Shown: one piece after another, positions 42,854 to 57,340 of the stretch | Position numbering within the stretch: the stretch's first letter is position 1 | Layout of the letters: each line of letters opens with the position of its first letter | Source of the DNA: Octopus sinensis | Taxonomy: Eukaryota | Assembly (NCBI RefSeq): GCF_006345805.1 | Contig: NW_021834231.1 | Span: forward strand, 9,237 to 73,236 | Direction: 5' to 3' | DNA length: 64,000 nt | Translations under genes and position numbers: made by a program | The notes under the pieces: generated by a model | What the model was told of the DNA's origin: nothing | Seen by the model: the letters and a program-made list of their open reading frames with translations, nothing else | Databases searched by the model: none

Positions 42854-43995
42854 ATATAGATAAGATAGACAGATAAGATAAGATAGATAGATAAGATAAG
42901 ATAGATAGATAAGATAGATAAAATAAGACACTTAAGATAGATAGATAAGATAGATAGATAAATGTGTGTGTTTGTATAACATCGCCTGAAAAATATATTC
43001 TTGAAATATGCAAGAAATGTATAGAGACATTGACATTTCTCATATTTAATATCTCTTCAACGTTATTCAGTGTAAACGAAAGCAATACACACATACAATA
43101 CTCCAGATTTGATCATTGTGTTAATATAATTGTAAGAAATATCCTGACCAATTCATCTACATATGAAATAAATGGTATGTCTATCGATTTTCTTTGAAGG
43201 AAATATATCGTTACTTCGCATTGTCTTTCAGTTTGTCCTGTGTTTTCATATTCCAAAATTTATATATTAGTCTCTGTTCCGCTATTGTGGAAATTGTGCT
43301 TCTTATAATCCTTACCGTTAGATTTAGGACCCATACATATGTATGTATGTGTGTTTTTGTGTGCAGCATGTGTTGTGCGTATTGAAAACGTGAACTGATG
43401 CATGTTAATGCGTTCGCTATAAGATGTAGGCTCATATAATATCTGACGACGATAAACGGAACAAAACAAAAATAATAAATCGCTTTCAAATTAAATATAA
43501 TCCCATCCAATTGACAGTGATTATATATCTGCCTGGAACAGATTTCCCTCTGCATATATGCATATATATTAGAAATTAAATGGAAATCCTCAAGAATGGT
43601 AAATTCAAACGCTATCAAGTCGTAGAACCAAAATTGAATAGTATATATAAATCAGTGTGATTGTGCGTGTATGTGTGTGTGTATGTACGTGCATACGTAT
43701 ACATATATATAATATACATGAAAATGCGTAAGGGTTTCCGATATGAAGTGCTTGGCTCTGTATTGGAAATGCCCTTCTTAAAGAGAGATCATTTCAACGA
43801 AATATATAATCTAGAATATTAAGTCAATTCATCTTCTGCTCAAGACAATACCGAAGCATATTCATAAGGATTTTGTTCAGCGATTCTACAAGGTAAATCT
43901 TATAATTTATCTCGGTTCAAGTTGCTAAATAACCAAGTCTAAAACATGCTTATTTCATATTGGAGCTGTAGTTCCATAGTTTATAAAGGGTTGAT

Positions 43996-44401
43996 TACTC
44001 TTTTTACTCTCTTTTACTTGTTTCAGTCATTTGACTGCGGCCATGCTGGAGCACCGCCTTTAGTCGAGCAAATCAACCCCGGGACTTATTCTTTGGAAGC
44101 CCAGTACTTATTCTATCGGTCTCTTTTGCCGAACCGCTAAGTGACGGGCACGTAAACACACCAGCATCGGTTGTCAAGCAATGCTAGGGGGAAAAACACA
44201 AACACACACACGCATACATATATATATGTATACATATATACGACAGGCTTCTTTCAGTTTCCGTCTACCAAATCCACTCACAAGGCGTTGGTCGGCCCGG
44301 GGCTATAGCAGAAGACACTTGCCCAAGATGCCACGCAGTGGGACTGAACCCGGAACCATGTGGTTGGTTAGCAAGCTACTTACCTCACAGCCACTCCTGC
44401 G
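43996..44401 (-). mobile_element. Family B SINE
   Basis: Near-consensus copy. Confidence 0.92.
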
Positions 44402-44775
44402 AATAGATGCTTGGTTATAGGAATGACAGACTGAAAGAAGACTTAATAGATCTGTTCAATGCGTCAAGAACTATTGAAACTTACCTTGTGACATTTTAAT
44501 AACGTTGAAAAACTTATAAAGTAAAACAACTCATTTATATGTGTGTTTCTGTATGTATGTTTGTATGTGTGTATTTTATGTATTTTTTAATCAATCTTAT
44601 TTCTATTAATCAATTATTTTAAGTATTTCTTGATTCTACAGAAATGAAGTTCAATATTGATACTGGTAATATTTGATGTAATTACATATATAACCAATTA
44701 ACAGTAAATTAATTTACTCGAAGCACATCTGAAATAGGTCTTTGCACGAAGTGCGTTTCCAACATGTATTTTGAA

Positions 44776-45004
44776 GGTACTACTTGAGAACAGTGGTCCC
44801 GGTGCGTGCACTCGCGTACTCGCGCATCCGCGCTAGCTAGTCATGACTAGTCGATCCTTACTTTGTGTTTTTATGTTTTATTTACTTTGCGTAAAAAAAT
44901 TATTTATTTTGTCTTTTATTTACTTTGCTAGGTAGTGGTTGTACGATCGACTAGTCACGACTAGCTATTGCGGATGCGCGACTACACTGTTCTCAAGTAG
45001 TACT
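44776..45004. mobile_element. MITE (possibly Kolobok-like)
   Basis: TIR GTACTACTTGAGAACAGTG / CACTGTTCTCAAGTAGTAC, plus an inner inverted arm of about 37 bp and an AT-rich spacer. Confidence 0.75.
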
Positions 45005-45529
45005 TATTTTGGACTGATGAGAGGATAAAAAAGAAACGAAAAATTTAATTTTAAATTGCTTTTTTTCAAAAAAATTTCAAAATACTGTGTCTGATTATAA
45101 CGAAAATTCATTGCATGGAATCGAATGTACCATTTATTTAAGAAAAGTGCGAACAAAATTGTTCGCATATTCTGTGAAATAGAGCTACGTTTACAATTAT
45201 ATATATTTGATTATACTAGGAATCAATAGCAATTCTCCAAAAATATATTTTCAATATACAAGTTAATTCGATAATATGGCTAGCATATATCGGAGTGATA
45301 TATATAACGTTTTTCTATATAAATCACTTTTGTCATTCTGTAATTTCCGTTCTATAGATACTTCTTTAACACATGAACTGGATTTGCGAAAACAACAAAA
45401 TATCGTTGATTGGCTGATACAAAAGTATTCAAAGTATAATGTGGCGTGGCAAATAAGAATAGATGTGAATAAATAACAAGGAAGGTGTGTTGCTACTTAC
45501 ATATACGCAATACAAAAAAAAGGGAACTA

Positions 45530-45762
45530 CAGAGTGTTCATAAAGTATCTCCGCAGTAAGTATTTAATGGTTTTCGGGCGATTCTTTTACACTGGTCCTT
45601 TACTTGCTCCATAGATAAAATGGTCAGGCGGTGTTAAATTAGGTGATCTTGGTGGCCAATGTCCCTTAGAAATAATCCGTTCACTGAAAACCTCTTTAAG
45701 TAGCACCATGGTAATGCGCAGGAGGAAAATATTCACTGCGGAGAGACTTCTTGAACACCCTG
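45530..45762 (-). mobile_element. Internally deleted Tc1/mariner-family element
   Basis: TIRs CAG.GTGTTCA..AAGT.TCTCCGCAGT flanked by TA; internal WPPRSPNLTPPDHFIYG motif. Confidence 0.85.
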
Positions 45763-46484
45763 TATATTCACCGTATAGTAGGTGATCGGGGGCGTGATTC
45801 ATGTTCGGTTTGAGACTCAAATCTGGAAGTGTGACTCTGCTATAACATGGAAAATACAAAGGCTTACTAATTAAGCATTTTAAATTTCTTTTTTTTTATT
45901 AAGTCTAAAACGATAAACAATAACAGCGACAATTTGTCTAGAAGCTACCCGTTTCTAATTAGAAAACTGTGTTAATGAAAGAATACATATTTATTACAAG
46001 AACAAAAACATAAAATGTATCGCAGTAATTAGTAAAAAAAAATACCTATACCGATTATTGACTAATATTTGCTATGCTTCCAATAATAAGTATTAAGTCA
46101 AAAACGAAAATAACTTGTAATTTCTTATGAAAAAGAAGAAAAAACTTTATTCGTCAATTAGTACCGTTTCTTTCTTTTTTTTTTTTTTTACAAAATCTGC
46201 ATATATGCTTCGTTTTTCGTATTTTGTGTGCTTTCACTGACAATATTGTGTTCCGCTGCAACATAAGTATAAATGCCTTGCATTTAGGGAAGAACGATTG
46301 TTGACAAATGTGTGTGTGTGTGTGCATAAGCATATACCATATAAACACACACACACACACATACACACACACATACACACACACATACACACACACACAA
46401 AGTAATATACATCCAAATACATAGACGTACACATATGCGCACATGCAAATATACATACGTACATACATAGACGCATACATATAC

Positions 46485-46524
<40 letters not shown>

Positions 46525-46578
46525 GTATCTATTTATCTATATATCTCTATCTCTCTCTCTATCTATCTATCTATCTTA

Positions 46579-46619
<41 letters not shown>

Positions 46620-47254
46620 TATATTCGTGACTAAAATGACAGAGGGTGCTAGTGAGCACCAGCATTGCTAGAAAAAAAGAATCAAGACAACTCTTAGCCA
46701 CGTGAGAGCACTTTTCTAACAACTGACAAGGGGGACAGGTTCCGTCCCTACGACAAACGAGATGGAATTATATCAGCGCTGAATTCAGATTTAATTAACC
46801 TTCATCAGTAACCCAGTACTGCGTCGCCGAAGGTTAAAGAACCTAAGTCTCCCTTGTCAGCCTTATAGAGAACGTCATAGGAAACACTGACTAGTTCGAG
46901 AATGGTGAAGTGAGAATTATACATTTCTAGCGAATCACGTGCCATCAATAATGATGGCTAATTGTAGTAGTTCATATATAAATAAGGTACGAGATAAGGT
47001 ACATCACAATCACACATACAAACATTCACATACTTTCCTTGTAAACGCACACACATACACATGTATACTCACACAGAGTTGAAACGCGGATTTTTTTTTC
47101 ACGCCTTCCTTCCTTATCCATCTATCACTCCTTCCTTTCTCTCATTGCTATTACTTTCTCTCTCAGTCCCTCTCAGTCAGGGCTATTACTCTCACTACTT
47201 CTCCGTCACTGAATTACGATTCTCTTTCCTCCTCCGCGTCCGGCGTGATTCTGG

Positions 47255-47297
<43 letters not shown>

Positions 47298-47340
47298 AAT
47301 ATATTGAAACACTATGCTCATTATTATATTAGGAGATTTA

Positions 47341-47451
47341 GGTGGCTATTCGCGATTTAGAACCAAAAGGCAACGAGTACAGTCGTCACTAAAATCACTT
47401 TGGTGATGACTAAACTTGTTGCCTTTCGGCTCTAAATTGTGAATAGCAACC
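47341..47451. mobile_element. Short foldback hairpin / MITE
   Basis: Arms of about 50 bp, GGTGGCTATTCGCG... / ...TGTGAATAGCAACC, flanked by TTTA and TTAA. Confidence 0.65.
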
Positions 47452-47809
47452 TTAATAATTCATACAAACACACACACACACACACATCGTTAATGAGATA
47501 TATTCAATGGGAATACAATATACTGAATTTCTAATAAATGCTCTTGGTAGGGAAATGTCTAAAACATTAAAGGTATTTAGAAATTTAATAAGAGTGATTA
47601 TATATCATATTATAAAATTAGGAGCAGCAAAATTACATCAAAAAATCATCACAGAAGATATACATCCAAAATAATATTGTATTAATAGATAGATTTATAA
47701 ATATATAAAACTTAGATAAAACTTAGATATGTTTCGACCAAAGATTGGTCCAGGTCATGTCTAACTTAATAGTACCACCTGATAGGATTATCTAAATCCT
47801 TTTTAAGTC

Positions 47810-48700
47810 AAATTTTCTGGTATTGTAGTCCATTCAAGTAGTGAGTTCTTGTTGAGTGAGTTGTATCCAGATATGGGTGGCTTATCTGCTATTCCTCGAA
47901 GAAATTTGTCCAGACTCCGTTTAAAGGTGATGGGATCCTTTTCCTCTTTAATCAGTTTTGGAACAATGTTAAACAGGGCAGGGACAATGTTGAGGAAAAG
48001 AAATTATGTCGCAGTGTACCTATATGTTGTGATCCTGAATTGGGCAGGGGACGTATGGATCGTGATCCCAGCTTTGGATGAACCTTGAAACTAATGTTCA
48101 GGTCGTTTGGGCAATGCTGGCGGTATATTCTCCACATCGGCGCTAGAGAGAGTAGAGTTTCAAGGCTTTAAGGCGGTCCCAATAATCAAGAGCAGCCATG
48201 TCTTCAATTCGTTTAGTGAGTGCCTACTGGGGTGATTCAATCCTCCAGATGTTTTGTTTTTTATGGGGAGACTCCAACTGAGATTGTTATCAACAATTAC
48301 ATCCAGGTCTCTGATATTATTAGATGTCGTGAGCGGTTCACCATCTAATGGCTGTTTTAGTATAGTCATCACAGAAGATATACATGGCTGTTTTAGTATA
48401 GACTGTCTTCCAAAATGCATCAGCTCGAATTTTCCCTCGTTTAGTTGCATTTTGTTTTTGTCTGCCCATTGACTCATAGCATATAGATCAGAGTGGAGTT
48501 GAGTTCGTTCTTCTTCATTGATGATTTTCTGGAGCTTAGTGTCATCAGCAAATACTTTCACTTTGCAGTAATTTACGACGCTGGAAAGGTCATTTATGTA
48601 AATTATAAAGAGGAGCGGGACTAAGACAGTCCCCTGAGGGACACCACTGGTGACTTTTTCTGGGCTTGAGTGGACTCCATCGACCACAACTTCTATTCGC
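47810..48700 (-). mobile_element. CR1/L2/Jockey-type LINE RT fragment
   Basis: ORF 48160..48780 has SGVPQGTVLVPLLFIIYINDL...FADDTKL...IRDLDVIVDNNLSW. Confidence 0.92.
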
Positions 48701-49173
48701 CAGGAAATATCTAATCCAGTGTAAAAGTTTTCCAGGGATTCCAACATTTGCCAATTTTGGGAGTAAGATATTATGGTCAACCCTAAAAAGTTTAGAAGTT
48801 TGTAATCTTCCTGCTCTTATTTCATAATATAATATAATATTATATTATATATATATATAGGGTTGTTTGTTATGGCCTATCAGGGAGTAACCAGTGTTTT
48901 CGCACCTATAAAGCGCTTAGCTTTATAGAAATTTAGAAATTTAATTTACCTCCGTTTACGCATACATACGTATTTACATATATATATATGTAGAAACAAG
49001 CATACGAACAGATACAACTGAAAATGGCAGGCGTCCACTACTACACCGATACATTTGATGGAAATCAAATTAAATTTTCTCATTAGAATCATGTGTCTAT
49101 GTATGCACTTAATTATACATGTACACACACACAGACATCATAAATATATATACATATATATAATATATATTAT

Positions 49174-49205
<32 letters not shown>

Positions 49206-49208
49206 ATA

Positions 49209-49251
<43 letters not shown>

Positions 49252-49393
49252 CTATATATAATATATCTATATATATATTATATATATATCTTAATAGTTA
49301 TCGCCAAGCTAATATGGTAGTCTATAAATTAAGACTAAAGCTGCCGCTGATTAAAGCGCTGATAAAGCGCTTAGCTTTATAGGTGCGAAATGG

Positions 49394-49620
49394 CTGGAGC
49401 GTTGGGCTCAATCCCATTGAAACATCAAAATTTCTTAAGGCAACTGGAAATCCGATGCAAGATTGATGTCTTGCAAAAAGCAGCCTTATTGGACACAGCG
49501 CATATCTTAAGGAAAGTATTATCTGTCTGAGGTCCTAGTTGTGACTTGACTGATGACTAAGGGCTACTCTGCAAATTTACCTACATTGTATTACGAAGAA
49601 ATAATAATAATAATAATAGC
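49394..49620 (+). mobile_element. R4/Dong-type LINE 3' end
   Basis: GALGSIPLKH...LQKAALLDTAHILRKVLSV*, then an (AAT)n tail. Confidence 0.8.
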
Positions 49621-49967
49621 ATCCCCAACTGACCACAAGGTATGCGATAAGGAAGAAAGAAATGTCGATAGATATGACAGGTTAGATTGGGAAGTTAAGC
49701 AGTTGTGCTCGATGAAAAAGATGGTAGCAGTACCAATAATTAAGAACATGGATAAAGGGGACGCCACAATGACAGACAAGAATTTGTGTGGGAATTCAAA
49801 TAAAGGATATGAATAGAGAAATTGAAAATACAATAAAATGCGATAGACATAGTCTACAAAGTATGTGATAATATGAATGACAGAGTCCTCCTGATACAGG
49901 AGAAGCTCCAAGCAGGGCAGGTAGGAACTCCCCCACCCCATATAACATACATACATATAAAATATAT

Positions 49968-50014
<47 letters not shown>

Positions 50015-50015
<1 letters not shown>

Positions 50016-50588
50016 GAAACATTAAAATTTCTAAGTCTCTCTAAAGGAGATTAATGGCAGCGGTACTGGATATTAATAGTTAGCGCCAAGCTAATATGGT
50101 AGTCTATAAATATAAGACTAAAGCTGCTGCTGATTAGCTCCAAGAGGCCATCGCCTCTAGCTAGCTATATGACACACGAACCTGCGTCCATTATAACCTT
50201 CGAACAGGGGAGGTCAGACATCTGCAGACATGTTTCAGGGTAGTTGCCCTTTATCAATGCAGAGTAGCCAAACCCAGCAGATGTCGCTACTGACCGTCTG
50301 TTCGAAGGATTTATTTACCTAATTTCAGTAATCTCCGTAATCTCCTTTAGAGAGACTTAGAAATTTTAATGTTTCTATTTTGAAAACAAGTGGATGTATT
50401 CCACTGAAATTAGGTAAATAAATCAAGCAAGGGGAAGCGGCTGACCTCCCCTGTTCGAAGGTTATAATGGATGCATGTTCGTGTGTCATATAGCTAGCTA
50501 GAGGCGATGGCCTCTTGGAGCTAATCAGCGGCAGCTTTTAGTCTTATATTTATAGACTACCATATTAGCTTGGCGATAACCATTAATA
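50015..50588. mobile_element. Complex inverted element with a degenerate hammerhead
   Basis: 50071-50217 is inverted at about 50440-50588, and 50017-50053 at about 50338-50375. Minus 50221-50263 reads TCTGCA-TTGATAA-AGGG-CAACTA-CCCT-GAAAC-AT-GTC-TGCAGA. Confidence 0.8.
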
Positions 50589-50604
50589 TATATATATATA
50601 TATC

Positions 50605-50642
<38 letters not shown>

Positions 50643-50684
50643 ATATATAATATATATATATCATATATATATTGTATATATATA

Positions 50685-50715
<31 letters not shown>

Positions 50716-50763
50716 ATTTATATATATATATATATATTAATATATATATTAATATATATTATA

Positions 50764-50808
<45 letters not shown>

Positions 50809-51300
50809 CTATATATATATATTATATATGTATGTATATACATCACATATATATATATATAATTTTATACAATATATATATATGTATATATATTTATGAT
50901 GTCTGTGTTGTGTACATGTAATAATTAAGTGCATACGTAGACACATGATTCTAATGAAAAATTTAATTTGATTTCCATCAATGTATCGGTGTAGTAGTGG
51001 ACGCCTGCCATTTTCCGTTGTATCTGTTCGTATGCTTGTTTCTACATATATATATATATGTAATACGTCGTATGCGTAAACGGAGGTAAATTAAATTTCT
51101 AAATTTAACATTATTCACTTCTTGAAATGCCACGATGCAAATAAAATATCTGAGGACAAACTTTATTCCACAATATTCTCTTAGAGTTTTTTATTTTTTA
51201 ATTTTTTTTAATCTTCCTTTAGTTTGGAGGTAGATATATTTGTGCTTCACAGCATTTAATAAACTTTTTGCTTAACGTTCTAGTAATCTCTCGTTTCCCT

Positions 51301-51340
<40 letters not shown>

Positions 51341-51581
51341 GTCTATTTATCTATCTATCTCTCACTGCCTTGCATCTTCTATTTCTTATTTTCTCCCTCA
51401 CTACTCCATTCTATATTTGTATATACATATATTGTTTTTTTTAAATTATTTATTTTACTATTTGCAATTTGGTTTCACCATTAAATTATTTTCAATGTAG
51501 GTTGCTTTTCATCTTCATCTAAAGATTAATAGTATTAATAAGAACACTAAGTGCGTGTGTAGTGTGTATGAGAGAGGAGAG

Positions 51582-51614
<33 letters not shown>

Positions 51615-51630
51615 TACATACATATATATA

Positions 51631-51665
<35 letters not shown>

Positions 51666-52425
51666 TTATATGGTGGATGAAGGGGTCTACTATTTCTAAA
51701 TGAAAATATATATATATTATATATATATATATATGTATGTATGTATGTATATGTATATACATGCATACATATGTACAAGTACATCGATCTGTGTGAGCTT
51801 ATGTGTGTGTGTTAGATGTGTGTAAGTAAGTATGTATGCATATATATATACGTGCGTGTGTGTGCGTGTGTGTGTGTGTGTGTGAGTCTGTATGTGAAGC
51901 GCCTGGCGGCTGGGATCTATTTTCGAACATTGCTGTTTGTTCGACTGCGTATTGTTATCTTATATTTTTTAAGAGTATATTGCCTGTTTCTGGAGTTGTT
52001 TGTTTGTTTGTTTGTTGTTGTTGTACATACATAATTATCTCACTTTAAGATTTCTTTCTGATTAATTTCTCCAGTTGCAAATCTATTTTTGAAAAATTTC
52101 CTTCTGAGTTAGTTGAGCCTACTTTTTAACATAGCAGAAGCTTAGTAGTCTATCGCCTCAACCACATCTGTAGGTAAATCGATAATAGAAAATGTTCGTT
52201 GGAGGAACATTGAACTAAACAGAATACTGAAGCAGTAGTGGCTTCGTGCCAAAATATCTCTTTATCCGTTTATTTATTCATCTAATTATATATCTACAAT
52301 CCGCTCTCTTTCTCTTTTGTTGTTTTGTTTTTCCAGAAGCATACACTTAACTATCCGGCTATCTCTACCTACATACATACATACACACATAAATACGTAT
52401 ATGTATGTATGTATGTATATTTATT

Positions 52426-52519
<94 letters not shown>

Positions 52520-53289
52520 GCATGATGTCTATATATATATACACATTATGCATATGTTTCTGTATTTATTTCTTTATGGAAACTGATATATATATATATA
52601 ATATATGTATGTATATATATATATGCATGTATGTATGTATATATATATATATATATATACATTATGCATATGTTTGTGTATTTATTTCTTTATGGAAACT
52701 GATATATAATATGTATACCCATGTATATTATTTATGTATGGTTTACTCACACGTGCACACATACACACATTCTGTCTCTCACATAAAAACACACGTTCAT
52801 AGACACATTCATATATGTGCAAACGCTCACGCACACACATACACAGAGAGACACACACACACATATTATGTATATGTGTGTGTATATATATTTATTTACT
52901 TAAGCTTGTATGTTTATATGCCTGCCTGTGCGTGTACAACTGGGAAAAAGAAAGAGAATGGTTAAATTACCAGATATATAATTAGAGTCCTAATAAATAG
53001 ATGTGCTTGAAATTATAACAACGTATATGTATTTATCTGTGTGTTCGTGTGATTATACAGAGACACATTTCTTTACTTATTTCACTATACGAACACGAAT
53101 GAAAGTGTATTTTTTTACACAAATGCCTCATTCAGATTATAGCGCGCGTGTGTCTGGGTTCTGATGTGTGCGTATACCTATAAAAACTATGATTCTATAG
53201 TGACAGAAATATGTGTTGCAGGAGAATGCTGAAGTTATCTGCATATATGAATACACAAGATTACATAAGCATATACTTTTGAATATACA

Positions 53290-53724
53290 TTCTTTTATTT
53301 TTCATTTGTTTCAGTCACTTGACTGCGACCATGTTTGGGACCCGCTTTTACTCGATCAAACCGACCCCAGGACTTATTCTTTATAAGCCTATCGGTCTAT
53401 CGGTATCTTCTATCTTCAAGCGTACGTGGAGGGACAAACACAAACGCACAAACACACAGACACACATCTATCTATGGCGAGCTGGCAGAAACGTTAGCAC
53501 GCCGGGCGAAATGCTCAGCAGTATTTCGTCTGTCGTTACGTTCTGGGTTCAAACACCGCCGAGGTCGACTTTGCCTTTCATCCTTTCGGGGTCGATAAAT
53601 AAAGTACCAGTTATGCACTGGGGTCGATGTAGTTGACTTAATCCCTTTGTCTGTCTTTGTTTGTCCCTTCTATGTTTAGCCCCTTGTGAGCAATAAAGAA
53701 ATATATCTATCTATCTATCTATCA

Positions 53725-53812
<88 letters not shown>

Positions 53813-53957
53813 GTCTGTTTCCGTCTACCAAATTCACTCACAAGGCTTGGTCGGCCCGAGGCTATAGCAGAAGACACTTACACAAGCAGTCACGTGATGG
53901 AACTGAACCAGGAACCGTGTGATTAAGTGATTGAGAAACGAGTTTCTCACCACACAG
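53290..53957 (-). mobile_element. Diverged family B SINE with a family A insertion (53475-53702, +) and an (ATCT)n tract
   Basis: Family B tail at 53290-53400, family B head at 53815-53957, family A copy between them. Confidence 0.8.
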
Positions 53958-54176
53958 TTAGTTTTGTGTGTATATGTATATATTCACATGCATATATAGG
54001 TACAGGACGTCACCAACGGTGCAAATAACATAAAATACGTAAACAAATGAGGGAAAAACGAGTGAAATACGTAAACAACGAGACAAAATGGAAAACAGGA
54101 CATACATACATACATACATATATATATATGTATGTGTGTGTGTGTGTATGTAGGTAGGTATATATACACACACACA

Positions 54177-54362
54177 TATAGTTAATCCAAACATGAAAAC
54201 ACAAAGAGAAAACACAACAACGCGAGGACGTGGAACAAGTATAGTATTATTGGACGCTCAGGAAAGAAGGAAAGAAGGAGGGTTTAACGTTTCAAGCGGA
54301 GCTCTTCGTCAGAAACATAGGAAAAGGAAAGATCCAAAGAACGGTACACACGCGGTCACATT
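54177..54362 (-). mobile_element. PLE-pLTR-like element with hammerhead (copy 2)
   Basis: Minus 54282-54316 reads GTTT-CTGACGA-AGAGC-TCC-GCTT-GAAAC-GTT-AAAC. Confidence 0.78.
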
Positions 54363-54366
54363 TTGA

Positions 54367-54398
<32 letters not shown>

Positions 54399-54608
54399 CT
54401 GTGTGTGTGTGAGTATAACAATCTCAGTTGCAGTATCCGCATCAACAATAAGGTTGATATTGTTCGTAGGATGAGCTCCTGGATGTTAAGGACCTTCCGG
54501 TCCAGAGAACAAGGTGTCGTCATTCCAGTTTTGTCCTCCTATATAAATATAAATTAATTACATACATATATATATCTATATATATATATATTATATATAT
54601 ATATATAT

Positions 54609-54655
<47 letters not shown>

Positions 54656-55064
54656 TGTATGTATATATGTATATATGTCCATATATACATCCTACCTACC
54701 AACATATATGTAGGTGGGTACATATATATACATATATAAATTGAAAAGTGTCACGGGAAAGTAGTGAGACGTATGGACACTTCTCTTTGTTTGTTCCTGC
54801 TGCATAACAGATAAGAATATTTATCCAAAATGTCATTGTGTGAAAAAAGCCGTATCCCATTCCTTGGCCATGAAACTTTGACACAGTCCAAGAAAATGCA
54901 GAAAAACGTCAATATCTATGTATCTGCTGCAAAATTTAGCAGTGGAAGAACTTGAGCTAATTCAAGAAAACAAGAAGCTGTACAAAACCAGTGAGATGGA
55001 GATACCTAGCGCATAAAGTAGTATGGCCACTCCCCAAAAGACCTGAAGGCATTGTCTGTTTCCC

Positions 55065-55218
55065 AAACTAATGGTTCCAGGTTCAGTCACACTGACTGGC
55101 ACCTTGAGCACGTATTTTCTACTCTAATCTCAGGTCGACCTAAGCCTACAGAATGGATTTAGTAGACGGAGCCTGAAAGAACCCGTAGTTTTGGTATATA
55201 TATATATATATATTATAT

Positions 55219-55262
<44 letters not shown>

Positions 55263-55560
55263 ATCTGTAGTGTGTATGTGTTGTATGTGAGTGCGTTTGT
55301 CTGTAAAAGAGGAATAAAAGAAGATATATATATATGTGTGTGTGTGTGTGTGGTGTGTCTATGCCTATATTTGTGCCCACTACTACCATTTGACAACCGG
55401 TGTTGGAGTGTTTACCTCTACGTACATTAGCAGTTCGACAAAATGCCAGGCATAAAAATAAATAAATATATAAATAGTGGTGTTGAGTCATTCGACTAAA
55501 AATTCTTCGAACCACTGCCCCAGCATGACCGCAGTCTAATGATGAAACAAGCAAAGGATA
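55065..55560 (+). mobile_element. Old family B SINE
   Basis: Diverged homology including the tail CCCCAGCATGACCGCAGTC. Confidence 0.7.
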
Positions 55561-55909
55561 GAAGATAAGACAAAAGATCCTGAATTTTACAGCCATCTTA
55601 AAGTCTAAACCCATCGAAATGCTAAAAATAGCTGGCGATTGTTCCTCAAACCATGATCTATCGTTAAAAGTTGAAAAACATCTGCACCACATGGGGACTT
55701 CAACGTGGTGTCTGGACCTATCAGAAAATCACAGCGAAATTCTCTTTGTATCACCAGTCTTAAAACATGACACATTGCAAAGTGTGTACCACAACGTATG
55801 CAAATATCGGGGTTAGAATCTCACGTACTCATATGGCAGCTTGATCAAAGCTGAACTGGGGCTAAACGATAATAAAAAGGATACAACAGATAATATAGAT
55901 TCTAATTAG

Positions 55910-56055
55910 GCACAGGCGTGCCTTGCTTACCGACCACATGGTTCCAGGTTCAGTCTCGCTGCGTGGCATCTTGGACAAGTGTCTTCTACTATAGCCTCGG
56001 GCCGACCAAATCCTTCTGTGTGGATTTGGTAGAGGGAAACTGAAAGAAGCCCGTC

Positions 56056-56087
<32 letters not shown>

Positions 56088-56320
56088 TTACATACATATA
56101 TGCTTTTGTGTGTGGTGTGTGTGTGTTTGGGCATCTGTGTTTGTCCCCACCATTGTTTGACAACCGAAGCTGGTGTGTTTATGTCCCCGTAACATAGCGG
56201 TTCGGCAAAAAGTCGATAGAATAAGTACTAGGCTTACAAAGAATATTTTAGTTTTTTCCACCAAAGGCATTGCTCCAGCATGGCCTCAGTCAAATGACTG
56301 AAACCAAATAAAACAATAAA
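55910..56320 (+). mobile_element. Family B SINE
   Basis: Homologous to 19381-19784. Confidence 0.87.
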
Positions 56321-56744
56321 ACAATAAACGAATAAAAATATAGGGATGAGTAACTATGAAAGGCTCCTCACTAAGGACTCGCCCTAATCATACAAACAAC
56401 CCTTACAACAATTTCCATATAGGATTGAGTTTGTGTTTGTCCTTTATTTTGGGACAGCCTTGGTCCAATATGTCTAACATCAAAGAGCCGGAAGCATTCT
56501 ACTTTTGTTTTATATATAATGCACTTAGACCTAAATCTGAGCTTACTTCGTGTTTTAATGTGATCCAGAATGGTTTAAATGATAATTGACTGCTATTTCT
56601 AGCAGATCAGGTTTCCATGTAGCAGCTTCTTTATTGTCGCGAACGGGTTGCTTTGTCAATGTTGATTCTTGTATGAGTTTTGAGAACGTTTTTTGGTAGC
56701 CCCTTTGTGTGTGCAAATATCATGATAGTATTTCTAATACTCTA

Positions 56745-57340
56745 GCAGAATCGTTAGCATTCTGGGCAAGACGCTTAGCGATATTTCGTCTGCCTTTACG
56801 TTCTGAGTTCAAATTCCACCGAGGTCGACTTTGCCTTTCATCCTTTCGGGGTCGCTAAATTAAGTACCAGTTACGCACTGGGGTCGATAAAATCGACTTA
56901 ATCTGTTTGTCTGTCCTTGTTTGTCCACTCTGTGTTTAGCCCCTTGTGGGTAGTAAAGAAATAGGTATTTTGTCTGCCTTTACGTTCTGAATTCAAATTC
57001 CGCCGAGGTCGACCTTTGCTTTCAATCATTCGGAGTCGATTACGTACCAGTTGCGTACTGGAGTCGATCTAATCGACTGTTCCCTCCCCCAAAATTTCGG
57101 GTCTTGTGCCTAGAGTAGTAAAGAATAGTTCTAATACGCTGGCAGAATCGTTAGCATGCTGACAAAACGCTTAAAAGCATTTCGTCTTTATGAGCTGAGT
57201 TCAAACTCCACCGATGTCGACTTCAACTTTCACATACTTTTGGGGTCGATAAGAATAAGTACCAGTTGAGCACTGGAGTGGATGTAAATGACTTGACCAT
57301 TCATAGAACTGGCTGACCTTGTGCCAAAAGTTAAAGCCAA
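56745..57340 (+). mobile_element. Family A SINE stack (three units with mixed tails)
   Basis: Junction GAAATAG|GTATTT at about 56964; the later units have older tails. Confidence 0.88.

Noticed and set aside
45010-45040. CTGATGA as a hammerhead core (also near 28094, 46803 minus and 49550)
   Set aside because: No convincing stem II, GAAA and stem I arrangement.
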